From positions 74 through 64,073 of the forward strand of contig CAZWQM010000003.1 in the NCBI GenBank assembly GCA_964636225.1: a DNA stretch of 64,000 nt, written 5' to 3'. Made by a program: the position numbers and the translations under genes. The notes under the pieces are model-generated. The model had not been told where the DNA came from. It did no database searches and was given only the letters and a program-made list of their open reading frames with translations. Positions 11,618-21,717 of the stretch are shown here, in pieces (position 1 is the first letter of the stretch; each line of letters begins with the position of its first letter). This DNA comes from an uncultured Thiotrichales bacterium (GTDB lineage: Bacteria > Pseudomonadota > Gammaproteobacteria > UBA4575).

Positions 11618-12376
11618 TTACCCATTCCAGCGAACTGCGAATCCATTGCTGTGTCGCAAATCTATACTGGCTATTGCTTCCCGTTCAGCCTTAGTGAACA
11701 TTGCAAATGAATGCAGGCAACGCTCGATTTGTTTGTCCGCTTGCTCTCTTCCTATATTGATAGAAATACCATCCGACAATGTAATTTCTTTATCGTAGCG
11801 CGCATCTTCTTTGAGTTTTAAAATACCTGCACCTACCTGGTTAAACTTTTCGTTGTACTTGTAATACAGATTTATCAGATGTTGCTCTCTTCCTGACACG
11901 CCTTGTAACAGCGGCAGTTTTCCAAAATTTTTCGTGTCACCCACATAAAATATCTCAGCATATTTATTTATCAGATGGCTCTCTCCCCAGCGGAAATAAG
12001 GCTGCTGTTCAACAATCCCAATGACAAGTTTACTTGGCCATACTCGTTTGATATTGGCGCGGTATATCCATGGAATATCATTTAGCTGGTTTTCAAACGC
12101 GGCAAGATCCACAGTAAAAAATCCATCATGCATGTAGTTTTGGGCTATATTGCGAACCTCTTCCTTACTTACCATATTCAGTGCCGTACGAACTTCAATA
12201 GTCTTAATGGAAACTTTATCAATTTGTTTTGTTGCCCATATTACAGCAATAACTATCAGTGCTAAGGCCAATAACTTGCCGACTTCACGATAGTCAATGC
12301 GTGCCTCTTCGACATTATGTTTAACATGACGCCGGTTTCTTTTAATATTTCTCTTCACAGTCAATCGTCCGTTCAA
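11618..12376 (-). CDS. ftsQ: cell division protein FtsQ
   Basis: Single N-terminal TM helix followed by a POTRA-like region. It lies between ddl and ftsA. Confidence 0.85.
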   Translation of the reverse strand: MNGRLTVKRNIKRNRRHVKHNVEEARIDYREVGKLLALALIVIAVIWATKQIDKVSIKTIEVRTALNMVSKEEVRNIAQNYMHDGFFTVDLAAFENQLNDIPWIYRANIKRVWPSKLVIGIVEQQPYFRWGESHLINKYAEIFYVGDTKNFGKLPLLQGVSGREQHLINLYYKYNEKFNQVGAGILKLKEDARYDKEITLSDGISINIGREQADKQIERCLHSFAMFTKAEREAIASIDLRHSNGFAVRWNG

Positions 12377-13293
12377 AGAGTTGTGTCCAGAATTTTTATA
12401 ACCAGTTGTTCAAAACTGATTCCCACACTGGCCGCTGCCATAGGCACTAGACTATGATCTGTCATGCCGGGAACTGTATTTACCTCCAGAAACCAGCTGT
12501 TATTATCGCGATCAATCATCACATCCACGCGCCCCCAGCCTTTTGCTGTGGTCACATCAAAAGCCTGAAGCGCCTGTGATTTTAACTTCTCTTCATCCGC
12601 ACTACTTAAACCACAAGGCAGAATATATTGCGTGTCATTGGCCTGATATTTTGCTTCAAAATCATAAAACTCGTGCGGCGTTTTAAGTTTAATCACTGGC
12701 AACGCCTTTCCATCGACAATGGCGACAGTGTATTCGTCACCGTCAATCCATTGTTCTGCCATTAACTGACCCTGATACTTAAAAGCATCCTGTAAAGCGG
12801 AAATGTATTGCTCCTCGCTAGAGACTTTATGAATACCAAGACTTGAGCCTTCGAGCGAGGGTTTGACAACAAAAGGAATACCCAGCACTGATTTAACTCG
12901 CTCGAAATCTACTGTCTCATCAATCCGCATAAACTCCGGTGAACTAATATCTGTTGCAGACCAAAGCTTTTTCGTCATTAACTTATTCATACAGATACTT
13001 GAAGCCAGAACATCGCTACCCGTATAAGGCAGACCTATTATTTCCAGCCCGCCCTGCATAGTGCCATCTTCACCTCCGCATCCATGCAGCGCTATAAATA
13101 TGCGATCGAAGTTATTTTCCTTCAGTACTGCAAATACATTCTGATCAACATCAATACCGTAAGCATCAACACCCATGCCTTTCAGCGCATTTAAAACCGC
13201 AGTTCCGCTTTTTAGTGAAATTTCACGCTCGCCCGATTGCCCACCCATCAGAACAGCAACTTTCCCGTATTTACTCACATCAACTTCTGTCAT
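12373..13293 (-). CDS. ddl: D-alanine--D-alanine ligase
   Basis: ATP-grasp enzyme (GKVAVLMGGQSGEREISL..., ...EVNTVPGMT...). Its ends overlap murB and ftsQ by 4 bp each. Confidence 0.93.
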   Translation of the reverse strand: MTEVDVSKYGKVAVLMGGQSGEREISLKSGTAVLNALKGMGVDAYGIDVDQNVFAVLKENNFDRIFIALHGCGGEDGTMQGGLEIIGLPYTGSDVLASSICMNKLMTKKLWSATDISSPEFMRIDETVDFERVKSVLGIPFVVKPSLEGSSLGIHKVSSEEQYISALQDAFKYQGQLMAEQWIDGDEYTVAIVDGKALPVIKLKTPHEFYDFEAKYQANDTQYILPCGLSSADEEKLKSQALQAFDVTTAKGWGRVDVMIDRDNNSWFLEVNTVPGMTDHSLVPMAAASVGISFEQLVIKILDTTL

Positions 13294-14192
13294 TTCGTTA
13301 CCTGCTGTCCTAAAAATTTCACTTCAGGCTCCAGATCTACATTGCACTTTTGTTTGACTGTTTTTTGAACATACTGGATTAGCGACTCTATATCAGTGGC
13401 TGTTGCATTATTTTCGTTAATAATAAAGTTGGCATGTTTAGTAGAGACCTGTGCTCCACCGATCGCAAATCCTTTCAGGCCGCATTCTTCTATCAGTTTT
13501 GCAGCATGATTATTGTCAGGATTTTTAAATACTGAACCACAATTTTTCTTACCGATCGGTTGTGTATCTGCGCGCTGCGCAAGTAATTTCTTAATTGGCA
13601 CTACCTTGGTTCCAAGTGCATCTTCATCCAGCGCAAAACTGGCACCGACAAACCATTCATCCGCATTAGATTTCACATAGCGATACCCGTATTCGTAATC
13701 ATCGCTACTTCGAGTTGTTACTCTACCCTGTCGATCAATTACATCGACAGTTGTCACTTTAGGCCAGGTCTCGCCTCCAAACGCACCTGCATTCATTGCG
13801 AGCGCCCCACCTACGGTGCCGGGGATACCTGCCATAGACTCCACACCTACGAGATTTCTGGCAACAGTCGCTCGGGCTAACTTTGCACAGGCCACACCTG
13901 CTTCGGCATATACATTATTTCCGTCAAAGCGAATTTTATTCAGTCCAGGCTGAGTGATAATTAAGATACCCTGAATTCCCTGGTCACGAATGAGCACATT
14001 TGATCCCAGACCTAACCAGGTAAGTGAAATATTCGAATCGATATTCGCCAGAAAATCACTCAGATCATGCACATCGGCTGGCTGAAACACGCATTGCGCT
14101 TTTCCACCCACACCCCAAGTGTTATAGCGCGAAACCGCAACGTCGAATTGTAATTTTCCTCGTGTTTCGGGAGTATTGATCTTAGTCATCAC
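13290..14192 (-). CDS. murB: UDP-N-acetylenolpyruvoylglucosamine reductase
   Basis: FAD-binding MurB motifs (LGLGSNVL, GIPGTVGGA) and dcw position. Confidence 0.92.
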   Translation of the reverse strand: MMTKINTPETRGKLQFDVAVSRYNTWGVGGKAQCVFQPADVHDLSDFLANIDSNISLTWLGLGSNVLIRDQGIQGILIITQPGLNKIRFDGNNVYAEAGVACAKLARATVARNLVGVESMAGIPGTVGGALAMNAGAFGGETWPKVTTVDVIDRQGRVTTRSSDDYEYGYRYVKSNADEWFVGASFALDEDALGTKVVPIKKLLAQRADTQPIGKKNCGSVFKNPDNNHAAKLIEECGLKGFAIGGAQVSTKHANFIINENNATATDIESLIQYVQKTVKQKCNVDLEPEVKFLGQQVTK

Positions 14193-15619
14193 GCCGCTTT
14201 CACCTCAGCCTGCACCTGCTCAAATAACGTTGTTGCCAATTTACCAATACTGCCGGCGCCCAAGGTTATGACAATATCATCAGGAGCAATAATATTTGCT
14301 AAGGTATGACTTAGTTTTTGTTCATCTTCGAGCAACACCGCATCCAGTTTACCTCGCAAGCGCAACGCATGTGCCAGCGCACGGCTATCGGCATTATTAA
14401 TAAATTTCTCACCGGCAGGGTATACATTTAAAAGTAGTAATACATCCACATCGTTCAACACCGCCACAAACTCATCAAATAAATCCCGAGTACGGGTATA
14501 ACGATGAGGTTGGAATACGGCAACCACGCGTTTTTTTGGCCAGCCATTGCGAATGCCTTCCACAGTGGCGGCGATTTCTTTCGGATGATGAGCGTAATCA
14601 TCAATAAATACAGCTTCACCACCTTCTAGGGAAACGGCCCCCAGATACTGCATTCTTCGACCAATCCCTGCAAAATTTTCCAATGCCAAGGCAATTTTTT
14701 GTGGATCAATTTCAAACTCAAGCCCGACTGCAATGCTTGCCAAAGCATTCAGTACATTATGCTTACCTGGCAAATTCAAAGTGAACATCATGGGCGTTTT
14801 GATATTCTTTCCATTCACTATGAATTTAGTATGTCCGCCATGATATTCAAGATCACTGGCATAAATGTCTGCTTCTGAGCTAAAACCATAGGTGACATAG
14901 GGTCTGGCAACCTCGGGAATCAAACCATGCACCACTTCATCATCTATACATAAAACCGCCAGACCATAAAATGGAATGTTATGCAGAAATTCGACAAATG
15001 CGTTACGCAGCTTTTCAAAATCATTCTCGTAACTGGACATATGATCTGCATCAATGTTTGTGACTACCGACACCACGGGCTGCAAATGTAAAAACGAGGC
15101 ATCACTCTCATCGGCTTCTGCCACCAGATACTCGCTTTGCCCCAATTGGGAATTGGTGCCAATACTGTTCACTCTCCCTCCAACGATAAACGTTGGATCC
15201 ATGCCTGCCTCAGCCATCACCGTTGCCACCAGGCTGGTGGTAGTTGTTTTACCATGCGTTCCGGCTATCGCAATTCCTTGTCGAAATCTCATCAACTCTG
15301 CGAGCATTTCTGCTCGCTGAATAATCGGTATTCGATGTTCCATGGCAGAAACAATTTCAACATTTTCCGCATCAATAGCGGATGACACGACTACAACATC
15401 CATATTTTCAACATTGCCAGCATCATGTTTCGGGTAAATAGTTGCACCTAAGTTTTCCAACCTGACAGTCGCTATATTAGGCTGACTATCGGAGCCAGAC
15501 ACCGCAAATCCAAGATTAAGCATGACTTCTGCAATACCGCTCATGCCTACGCCACCAATGCCGACAAAGAACACTTTACGAATTTTTCTCATAGGCAAAG
15601 CGGGTGTCACGTAACTCAT
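14189..15619 (-). CDS. murC: UDP-N-acetylmuramate--L-alanine ligase
   Basis: Mur ligase motifs (GIGGVGMSG, GTHGKTTTT). The start is set at the ATG that forms an ATGA overlap with the murG stop (15616-15619). The longer ORF-track start at 15661 would overlap murG by 46 bp. Confidence 0.93.
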   Translation of the reverse strand: MSYVTPALPMRKIRKVFFVGIGGVGMSGIAEVMLNLGFAVSGSDSQPNIATVRLENLGATIYPKHDAGNVENMDVVVVSSAIDAENVEIVSAMEHRIPIIQRAEMLAELMRFRQGIAIAGTHGKTTTTSLVATVMAEAGMDPTFIVGGRVNSIGTNSQLGQSEYLVAEADESDASFLHLQPVVSVVTNIDADHMSSYENDFEKLRNAFVEFLHNIPFYGLAVLCIDDEVVHGLIPEVARPYVTYGFSSEADIYASDLEYHGGHTKFIVNGKNIKTPMMFTLNLPGKHNVLNALASIAVGLEFEIDPQKIALALENFAGIGRRMQYLGAVSLEGGEAVFIDDYAHHPKEIAATVEGIRNGWPKKRVVAVFQPHRYTRTRDLFDEFVAVLNDVDVLLLLNVYPAGEKFINNADSRALAHALRLRGKLDAVLLEDEQKLSHTLANIIAPDDIVITLGAGSIGKLATTLFEQVQAEVKAA

Positions 15620-16707
15620 CGCCCCACCCTCGCCAGACGACCTTCGCAGGCATTCATGCATTCATCCGCTACCCGTTTACTTGCATTTCCTGAATTCAGG
15701 CTTTTTGCTGCACAGGCCATCTTTAACAGTGTTGATTCATTCAGCAGATTAAGTAGGAGTTCTGCCATTTTTTCCGATGACATTTCTGCTTCATGCATTA
15801 ATTGCGCGGCACCTGCTTCTACATAGCGTTTAGCATTTTCAGTCTGATGATCATCCACTGCATAAGGATAGGGTACCAGCACAGAAGCCAGCCCTACCGC
15901 TGCCACTTCAGCCAGCGTAATCGCCCCACTTCGACATACAATAAGATCAGCCCAGGAATATGCCTGGTCTACATTATCAATAAACTCTTCAACTTTAGCC
16001 TGCACCTGATACTGCTTATATTCATTTACAACAGCCTCTTTTCGGTTTTTACCTGTTTGATGCCACACTTCGATCGCTAAAGTCGAACAAACAGTCTGCA
16101 GTGCTCCAGGCATATAATTATTAAGCGATGCTGCGCCCTGACTTCCACCTATAATTAAAATTCGTTTCGTGCTATCACGACCTGACAATCTTTGTTGGGG
16201 AGCAGGAATATTCAATAAGTGGCTGCGAACCGGATTGCCACAATATTCCAGATTGCGCTTGTTAGATGTGACAGGGAACCCCGTAAACATAGTGCGACTA
16301 AGCGGCGCAAGAATTCTATTTGTCAGACCGACAATCGCATTTTGCTCATGAATGATTAACGGCTTTCTCAATAATACGCCTATCAACGCACAGGGCCCGG
16401 CAACAAATCCCCCCATGCCCAACAATGCGCAGGGTTTGTATTTCAAAACGATCAGCAAACTCTCATACAAGGCTTGAAATAGAATCAGCGGCGCTCTCAA
16501 ATATTGTAGCCAGCCTTTTCCTCTTAATCCCTGTACACTCATGATCGCCAGTGAAAAGCCCGCCTCTGGAACTACGCGTGACTCAATTCCCTTCTGTGTA
16601 CCCACCCAAATAACAGGCACACCACGATCGCGCAACTCATTGGCTACTGCCAGCGCAGGGAACACATGCCCTCCTGTACCACCAGCTAAAATCATGACCG
16701 GCTGCAT
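15616..16707 (-). CDS. murG: undecaprenyldiphospho-muramoylpentapeptide beta-N-acetylglucosaminyltransferase
   Basis: MQPVMILAGGTGGHVFPALAVA is the canonical MurG N-terminus. The start at 16707 lies immediately after the ftsW stop (16709-16711). Confidence 0.93.
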   Translation of the reverse strand: MQPVMILAGGTGGHVFPALAVANELRDRGVPVIWVGTQKGIESRVVPEAGFSLAIMSVQGLRGKGWLQYLRAPLILFQALYESLLIVLKYKPCALLGMGGFVAGPCALIGVLLRKPLIIHEQNAIVGLTNRILAPLSRTMFTGFPVTSNKRNLEYCGNPVRSHLLNIPAPQQRLSGRDSTKRILIIGGSQGAASLNNYMPGALQTVCSTLAIEVWHQTGKNRKEAVVNEYKQYQVQAKVEEFIDNVDQAYSWADLIVCRSGAITLAEVAAVGLASVLVPYPYAVDDHQTENAKRYVEAGAAQLMHEAEMSSEKMAELLLNLLNESTLLKMACAAKSLNSGNASKRVADECMNACEGRLARVGR

Positions 16708-16708
16708 C

Positions 16709-17905
16709 TTAGCCACCCGCCTTTCGTGTGCGGACAGTACGCGGTCTATGTACACGACGAGCACCCTGTTGATTGACTTCAGAATACACACGAATTAACA
16801 AGCCTATAGCCATACAACTTGCCAGCAAATTACTGCCACCCACACTAATGAATGGCATACTCAATCCTTTGGTTGGCAATAAGCCCATATTCACTCCTAC
16901 ATGAATCGTGGCCTGCAGGGTAAACAAGATTCCGCAACCGTAAGCGATGTGTTGCGCAAACGTCATATGTTGTTTTTGTGCACTGCTGGCAAGAGAAAAA
17001 CATCGCCAGATAAAAACAAAATAAGCACTAAGCAAAATCGCAACACCCACCAGACCCAGCTCTTCAGCAAGCACTGCAAAAACAAAATCATTGTGTGCTT
17101 CGGTCAGATAAAACAATTTCTGAATACTCTCGCCCAAGCCTTCTCCAAAAATACCACCATTACCAATGGCAATCAGGGCCTGAGTCAACTGAAAGCCATC
17201 TCCCAAAGGATCTTCAAACGGCCGCCAGAACGTCGTGACCCGTGACCAGCGTTCTGCATTACTCTTGGCCAGCCCATACATGATTAAAACCGAAAATGCA
17301 GTTGACAGGATAAATGGTACAAGACGCACTCCTCCCAGATACAGCATAGTGAATACAAGCGCCGTCAGAACCACTGTCGATCCAAAGTCTGGCTCCATCA
17401 TCAGCAATACAGCAATAATTCCTACCAGTGCCATTGGATTGATAAACGCAGTAACTTTTTGCTGGACGTTTGACCCATGCCTGACAATATATCCTGCCAG
17501 GTAAATAATCATTGCTACTTTGGCAAATTCTGATACCTGCAAGGCAATGGGACCAAGCGTAATCCAGCGACTGCTCGCATTAACACTGCGCCCCACTCCT
17601 GGCACAAGTACCATGACTAGCAGTAAAATAGTTATCACCAATAAAGTCGGACCTAATTGCTCCCAGTAAGCCAGACGTATTCGTGCAATCGCAAAAATAC
17701 TCAGCATTCCCAGCATCAGAAACATCATATGTTTCTTTACCAAATAAAAAGCGTCTGCATGGTTCTTATAAGCAATCTCGACCGTTGAGGAAGTCATCAT
17801 CGTGATGCCCACACCTAGCAACACAAGCAGCGCCAGCAACATGTACACGTCCATATAGTTTGCAATCAATTGCTGTGTATCGAGATTTTTATCAGTCGCC
17901 GCCAT
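16709..17905 (-). CDS. ftsW: lipid II flippase / peptidoglycan glycosyltransferase FtsW (SEDS family)
   Basis: Polytopic membrane protein in dcw position. The start at 17905 is preceded by the SD GGGGGAGAG. The upstream extension in the ORF track overlaps murD. Confidence 0.9.
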   Translation of the reverse strand: MAATDKNLDTQQLIANYMDVYMLLALLVLLGVGITMMTSSTVEIAYKNHADAFYLVKKHMMFLMLGMLSIFAIARIRLAYWEQLGPTLLVITILLLVMVLVPGVGRSVNASSRWITLGPIALQVSEFAKVAMIIYLAGYIVRHGSNVQQKVTAFINPMALVGIIAVLLMMEPDFGSTVVLTALVFTMLYLGGVRLVPFILSTAFSVLIMYGLAKSNAERWSRVTTFWRPFEDPLGDGFQLTQALIAIGNGGIFGEGLGESIQKLFYLTEAHNDFVFAVLAEELGLVGVAILLSAYFVFIWRCFSLASSAQKQHMTFAQHIAYGCGILFTLQATIHVGVNMGLLPTKGLSMPFISVGGSNLLASCMAIGLLIRVYSEVNQQGARRVHRPRTVRTRKAGG

Positions 17906-19262
17906 GACTCTCCCCCGATACAAATTGTTTAACAGCCGATGTAAATACCTGACCTCTTTCGATGTAATTTGAAAACATATCAAAGCTTGCACAGGCCGGC
18001 GAAAATAATACTGCGTCCCCCGGCTCAGCCATTTGATGAGCAAATTCGACACACTCATTTAATGAGCTTTGCTCTACAATCTGAACCACATCTTTAAGTG
18101 CATCAATAAACACTTGTTTATCACGACCAAAAACAATCACCAGCTTTACTCTTGTCTGCACGGCTTGCAAAAGCAGATCAATACTACCTCCTTTATGCAC
18201 ACCTCCCAAAATTAAAATAATAGGTCGATTAATACTGGCGATAGCAGATACCGTTGCACCCACATTGGTGCCCTTACTATCGTTGATCCATTGCATACCA
18301 TTTTGTTCAACAACCACCTCACAGCGATGCGGCAACCCTTTAAAGGTTCGAATAGTCTCGCGAACCTTGTCCGGATCATGAATAAAGGATTCGGACAGCG
18401 CCCAGGCGGCCAACACATTTAATTCACCAGTTAGACCCAATAAAGGAATATTCTTCGCATTAATTAATTTTTGTTGACCTTTAACCAGCCAGCGGGAATT
18501 TTCATCCTGCCTAATACCAAAACTGGGCTCTTCAGGTGTATCACTACCAAAACTGATCACATGATCAGAATCCTTCGAGAGCTCAATTCCATCCTGTGCT
18601 CGTGGGACTATTTTGAATTTGGCCTGTTTATATATTGATTTTTTAATGCGTGTATATTCTTCAATACTGCTATGCCGATCCAGATGATCGTCACTTACGT
18701 TTAACACGGCGGCTGCCTGAGGGCTCAGGGAAGAGCATGTTTCCAGTTGAAAACTGGAAAGTTCCAGTACATAGATATCAATCGACTCATCATCCAGTAA
18801 ACTTAGCGCCGGTTCACCAATATTGGCGCACGCTCTTGCTCTTATTCCCTGGCTTTTTAATATCTCTGTGACAAGAGTGGTTACTGTACTTTTTCCATTT
18901 GACCCGGTAATGGCGATGTAAGGCTTTTCCACTTCACGCGCAAATAGTTCAATATCACCCAATAATTCCACATCATCACGTACAGATTGATTAATCTCTG
19001 GCGTATCAGGTGACACTCCCGGACTTAATACAACCACGTCTGCATCACGGAGCCACTGTTTATCAATGCGGCCAAAACAAATTTGTGATTCGGAGAGAAT
19101 AGCTTTTATTTTTGCAGCATTAGGTGGCAGGTCACGATCGTCCATGATTCGAAACTGTTTGTTTCTTGACAACAGATATTCAGCCACAGACAAACCTGAC
19201 ACACCCGCCCCAACGATCAAATACTTTGTCAGATCCATATCCACTGAGAATCCCAAACTCAC
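17892..19262 (-). CDS. murD: UDP-N-acetylmuramoylalanine--D-glutamate ligase
   Basis: Rossmann motif IVGAGVSG plus Mur ligase GSNGKSTV. The codon at 19262 is GTG, and an ATG alternative exists at 19238. Confidence 0.92.
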   Translation of the reverse strand: MSLGFSVDMDLTKYLIVGAGVSGLSVAEYLLSRNKQFRIMDDRDLPPNAAKIKAILSESQICFGRIDKQWLRDADVVVLSPGVSPDTPEINQSVRDDVELLGDIELFAREVEKPYIAITGSNGKSTVTTLVTEILKSQGIRARACANIGEPALSLLDDESIDIYVLELSSFQLETCSSLSPQAAAVLNVSDDHLDRHSSIEEYTRIKKSIYKQAKFKIVPRAQDGIELSKDSDHVISFGSDTPEEPSFGIRQDENSRWLVKGQQKLINAKNIPLLGLTGELNVLAAWALSESFIHDPDKVRETIRTFKGLPHRCEVVVEQNGMQWINDSKGTNVGATVSAIASINRPIILILGGVHKGGSIDLLLQAVQTRVKLVIVFGRDKQVFIDALKDVVQIVEQSSLNECVEFAHQMAEPGDAVLFSPACASFDMFSNYIERGQVFTSAVKQFVSGESHGGD

Positions 19263-19266
19263 TACG

Positions 19267-20349
19267 TTACCTAATCTTCAAAGTTGCAAGACCAATTAAC
19301 ACCAATATGATGGTAATTATCCAAAAGCGTACGATTACTCTTGGTTCAGGCCAGCCACGCAATTCAAAATGATGATGCAGTGGTGCCATCTTGAACACGC
19401 GCTTGCCAGTCAATTTAAATGAAGCCACCTGAATCATGACTGACAGGGTTTCCATAACAAAAACCCCTCCCATGATGACCAAAACAATTTCCTGCCTCAC
19501 CAATACGGCTACCACACCCAGCGCCGCCCCCAGTGATAATGCTCCCACGTCACCCATAAATACCTGTGCCGGATAAGCGTTAAACCACAAGAAACCTAAC
19601 CCTGCACCCACTATGGAAGCGCAAAATACAACAAGCTCGCCAGCTAAAGGAATAAACGGAATGGCAAGATACTCTGCAAATGTGGAATGTCCACTTACAT
19701 AAGCAAAAATACCCAGGGCGCCTGACACCATGGCCGTTGGCATGATGGCTAAGCCATCCAAACCATCAGTCAGATTGACCGCATTACTGGAGCCTACAAT
19801 GACAAAGTAGGTGAGCAAGACAAACCAGCCACCAAGACTAATCACTACGTTTTTGAAAAAAGGAACATATAAGTTTGTTTCAACCGGTATCGCAGCCGTT
19901 TGAAACAGCCACAATGCAGCTATCAATGCAGCTGCAGATTGAAGGCCATATTTAAGTATTGCAGATATGCCGGCACTGCTTCCCTGAATCAGCTTCTTGA
20001 TATCATCAAAAGCACCAATCGCACCAAAAGAAAAAGTCACAAAGCAAACCACCCAGATATACCGGTTACCTAAATTCCCCCACAGCAGAGTACTGACCAA
20101 TATACTTAGCAACAAAAACGCACCACCCATCGTCGGTGTACCTGCTTTCAGTAAATGCGTCTGTGGACCGTCCGAACGTATATTTTGTTTTACACTGTAA
20201 TCTGACAACCGGCGAATCATTATTGGGCCGGTGACAAAACAAATGACTAGCGCAGTTAATACACTAAGGATTGAACGTAGCGTTAGATAACCAAACACAT
20301 TAAAGACGCTATGGTATTTTTCTAAATATTCAAATAAATATAGAAGCAC
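19267..20349 (-). CDS. mraY: phospho-N-acetylmuramoyl-pentapeptide transferase
   Basis: 360-aa polytopic protein with [13 protein letters not shown] and the C-terminal HHHFEL motif. Confidence 0.95.
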   Translation of the reverse strand: MLLYLFEYLEKYHSVFNVFGYLTLRSILSVLTALVICFVTGPIMIRRLSDYSVKQNIRSDGPQTHLLKAGTPTMGGAFLLLSILVSTLLWGNLGNRYIWVVCFVTFSFGAIGAFDDIKKLIQGSSAGISAILKYGLQSAAALIAALWLFQTAAIPVETNLYVPFFKNVVISLGGWFVLLTYFVIVGSSNAVNLTDGLDGLAIMPTAMVSGALGIFAYVSGHSTFAEYLAIPFIPLAGELVVFCASIVGAGLGFLWFNAYPAQVFMGDVGALSLGAALGVVAVLVRQEIVLVIMGGVFVMETLSVMIQVASFKLTGKRVFKMAPLHHHFELRGWPEPRVIVRFWIITIILVLIGLATLKIR

Positions 20350-20361
20350 GCTCGTCCCTTA

Positions 20362-21717
20362 TCAATGTACCATTTCTACGTTAACCAGATGGTTAACCAC
20401 GTCTTCCATATGCATGGCACGCGAACCCTTTACCAGAATGCAGCAATTTGGGCCGACTTGCTGGCAAAGCGCGCGGCTTAACTCATCGTGACAATTAAAG
20501 TGATATCCATATTGGCCAAAACTTTCCGCAGCATATTTCGATAAAACACCCAGGCAAAATAATTTCTTAACACCTGCGGACTTGGCTTGCCTGCCTATTT
20601 GTTCATGTATTGCTTCAGCATTAGTGCCCAGCTCACCCATATCTCCCAACACCAGCCAGGGTTCCTTGGATTGCGAACACAGCACCTCAATGGCGGATTG
20701 CAGTGAAGCAGGATTCGCGTTGTATGTATCATCAATAATCGTTGCACCATGCGCACCCACCATTGACTGCAAACGGCCTTTAGCGCTCAATGCATTTTCC
20801 AAACCTTGCTTTATATGTTTGGAATCAATTCCCAGCTTATAGGCGGCGGCCGCAACCGCAAGCGCATTACTTTTATTGTGCTTGCCAGGCATTGGAAGAT
20901 TGACACCTAGTGTTTCCCCACCCAGATTAATCACAAAAGAATCGCCCTTTTCGATTAAGCCCTGAACATTCGCATTACTGGAAAATCCAAATGTAATCAC
21001 TTGCAAATGTTTGGTTTTCTCACGCCACACATTGATAAATTCATCATCCGCATTCAGTACGGCGATACCAGATGGATTAACACCATTAAAGATTTCACCT
21101 TTTGCTTCAGCCACACCTGCAACCGAACCAAATCCTTCTAGATGAGCAGGTCCAGCATTCGTAATGATCGCCACATCGGGCTGCGCCAATTGACTCAAGT
21201 GATCAATTTCACCGAAATGGTTCGCCCCCATTTCAATGACTGCATATTGATCCCCATGTCGTAGCGACAATAATGTTAAGGGAACACCAATATGATTATT
21301 CAAATTACCCTGGGTAGAACATGTGTCTCCTGCTTGCGACAGTACAGATGTTAGCATCTGCTTAACTGTAGTTTTTCCGTTACTACCGGTAACTGCAACC
21401 AGCTTCGGTGCAACTTTATTTCTCCATGCCTGAGCCCAGCGAGATAAGCCCTGAAGCGTGTCATCAACCAATACACCAGGTAAACATGTAGTCACGGGCT
21501 TGTGCACAAAGACAGCTCGAGCAATATTCTCCATCTTTTCATTGATAAACTCATGGCCATCGAAATTTTCTCCCTCAAGCGCAACAAATAATTCACCCGA
21601 AAAAATAGTTCTGGAATCTGTCGAGATCGCATTAACACCCACATCTGCACCATGCAACTTGCCATGAGCCATGTCTGCAATCTCACTTAACTGAAGCCAG
21701 CTACCCATTGACCACAA
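20362..21717 (-). CDS. murF: UDP-N-acetylmuramoyl-tripeptide--D-alanyl-D-alanine ligase
   Basis: Mur ligase P-loop GSNGKTTV and dcw position. The start may lie a few codons downstream, because it overlaps the murE 3-prime end. Confidence 0.9.
   Translation of the reverse strand: MWSMGSWLQLSEIADMAHGKLHGADVGVNAISTDSRTIFSGELFVALEGENFDGHEFINEKMENIARAVFVHKPVTTCLPGVLVDDTLQGLSRWAQAWRNKVAPKLVAVTGSNGKTTVKQMLTSVLSQAGDTCSTQGNLNNHIGVPLTLLSLRHGDQYAVIEMGANHFGEIDHLSQLAQPDVAIITNAGPAHLEGFGSVAGVAEAKGEIFNGVNPSGIAVLNADDEFINVWREKTKHLQVITFGFSSNANVQGLIEKGDSFVINLGGETLGVNLPMPGKHNKSNALAVAAAAYKLGIDSKHIKQGLENALSAKGRLQSMVGAHGATIIDDTYNANPASLQSAIEVLCSQSKEPWLVLGDMGELGTNAEAIHEQIGRQAKSAGVKKLFCLGVLSKYAAESFGQYGYHFNCHDELSRALCQQVGPNCCILVKGSRAMHMEDVVNHLVNVEMVH

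Noticed and set aside
15620-18058. Long N-terminal extensions in the ORF track for murC (to 15661), murG (to 16791) and ftsW (to 18058). The same applies to fadB (to 52928), the acyl-CoA ligase (to 50893), yraN (29927) and the RRM protein (62266).
   Set aside because: Each extension overlaps the preceding gene, while an internal Met gives the canonical family N-terminus and a stop/start junction (ATGA, TAATG or a few nt).
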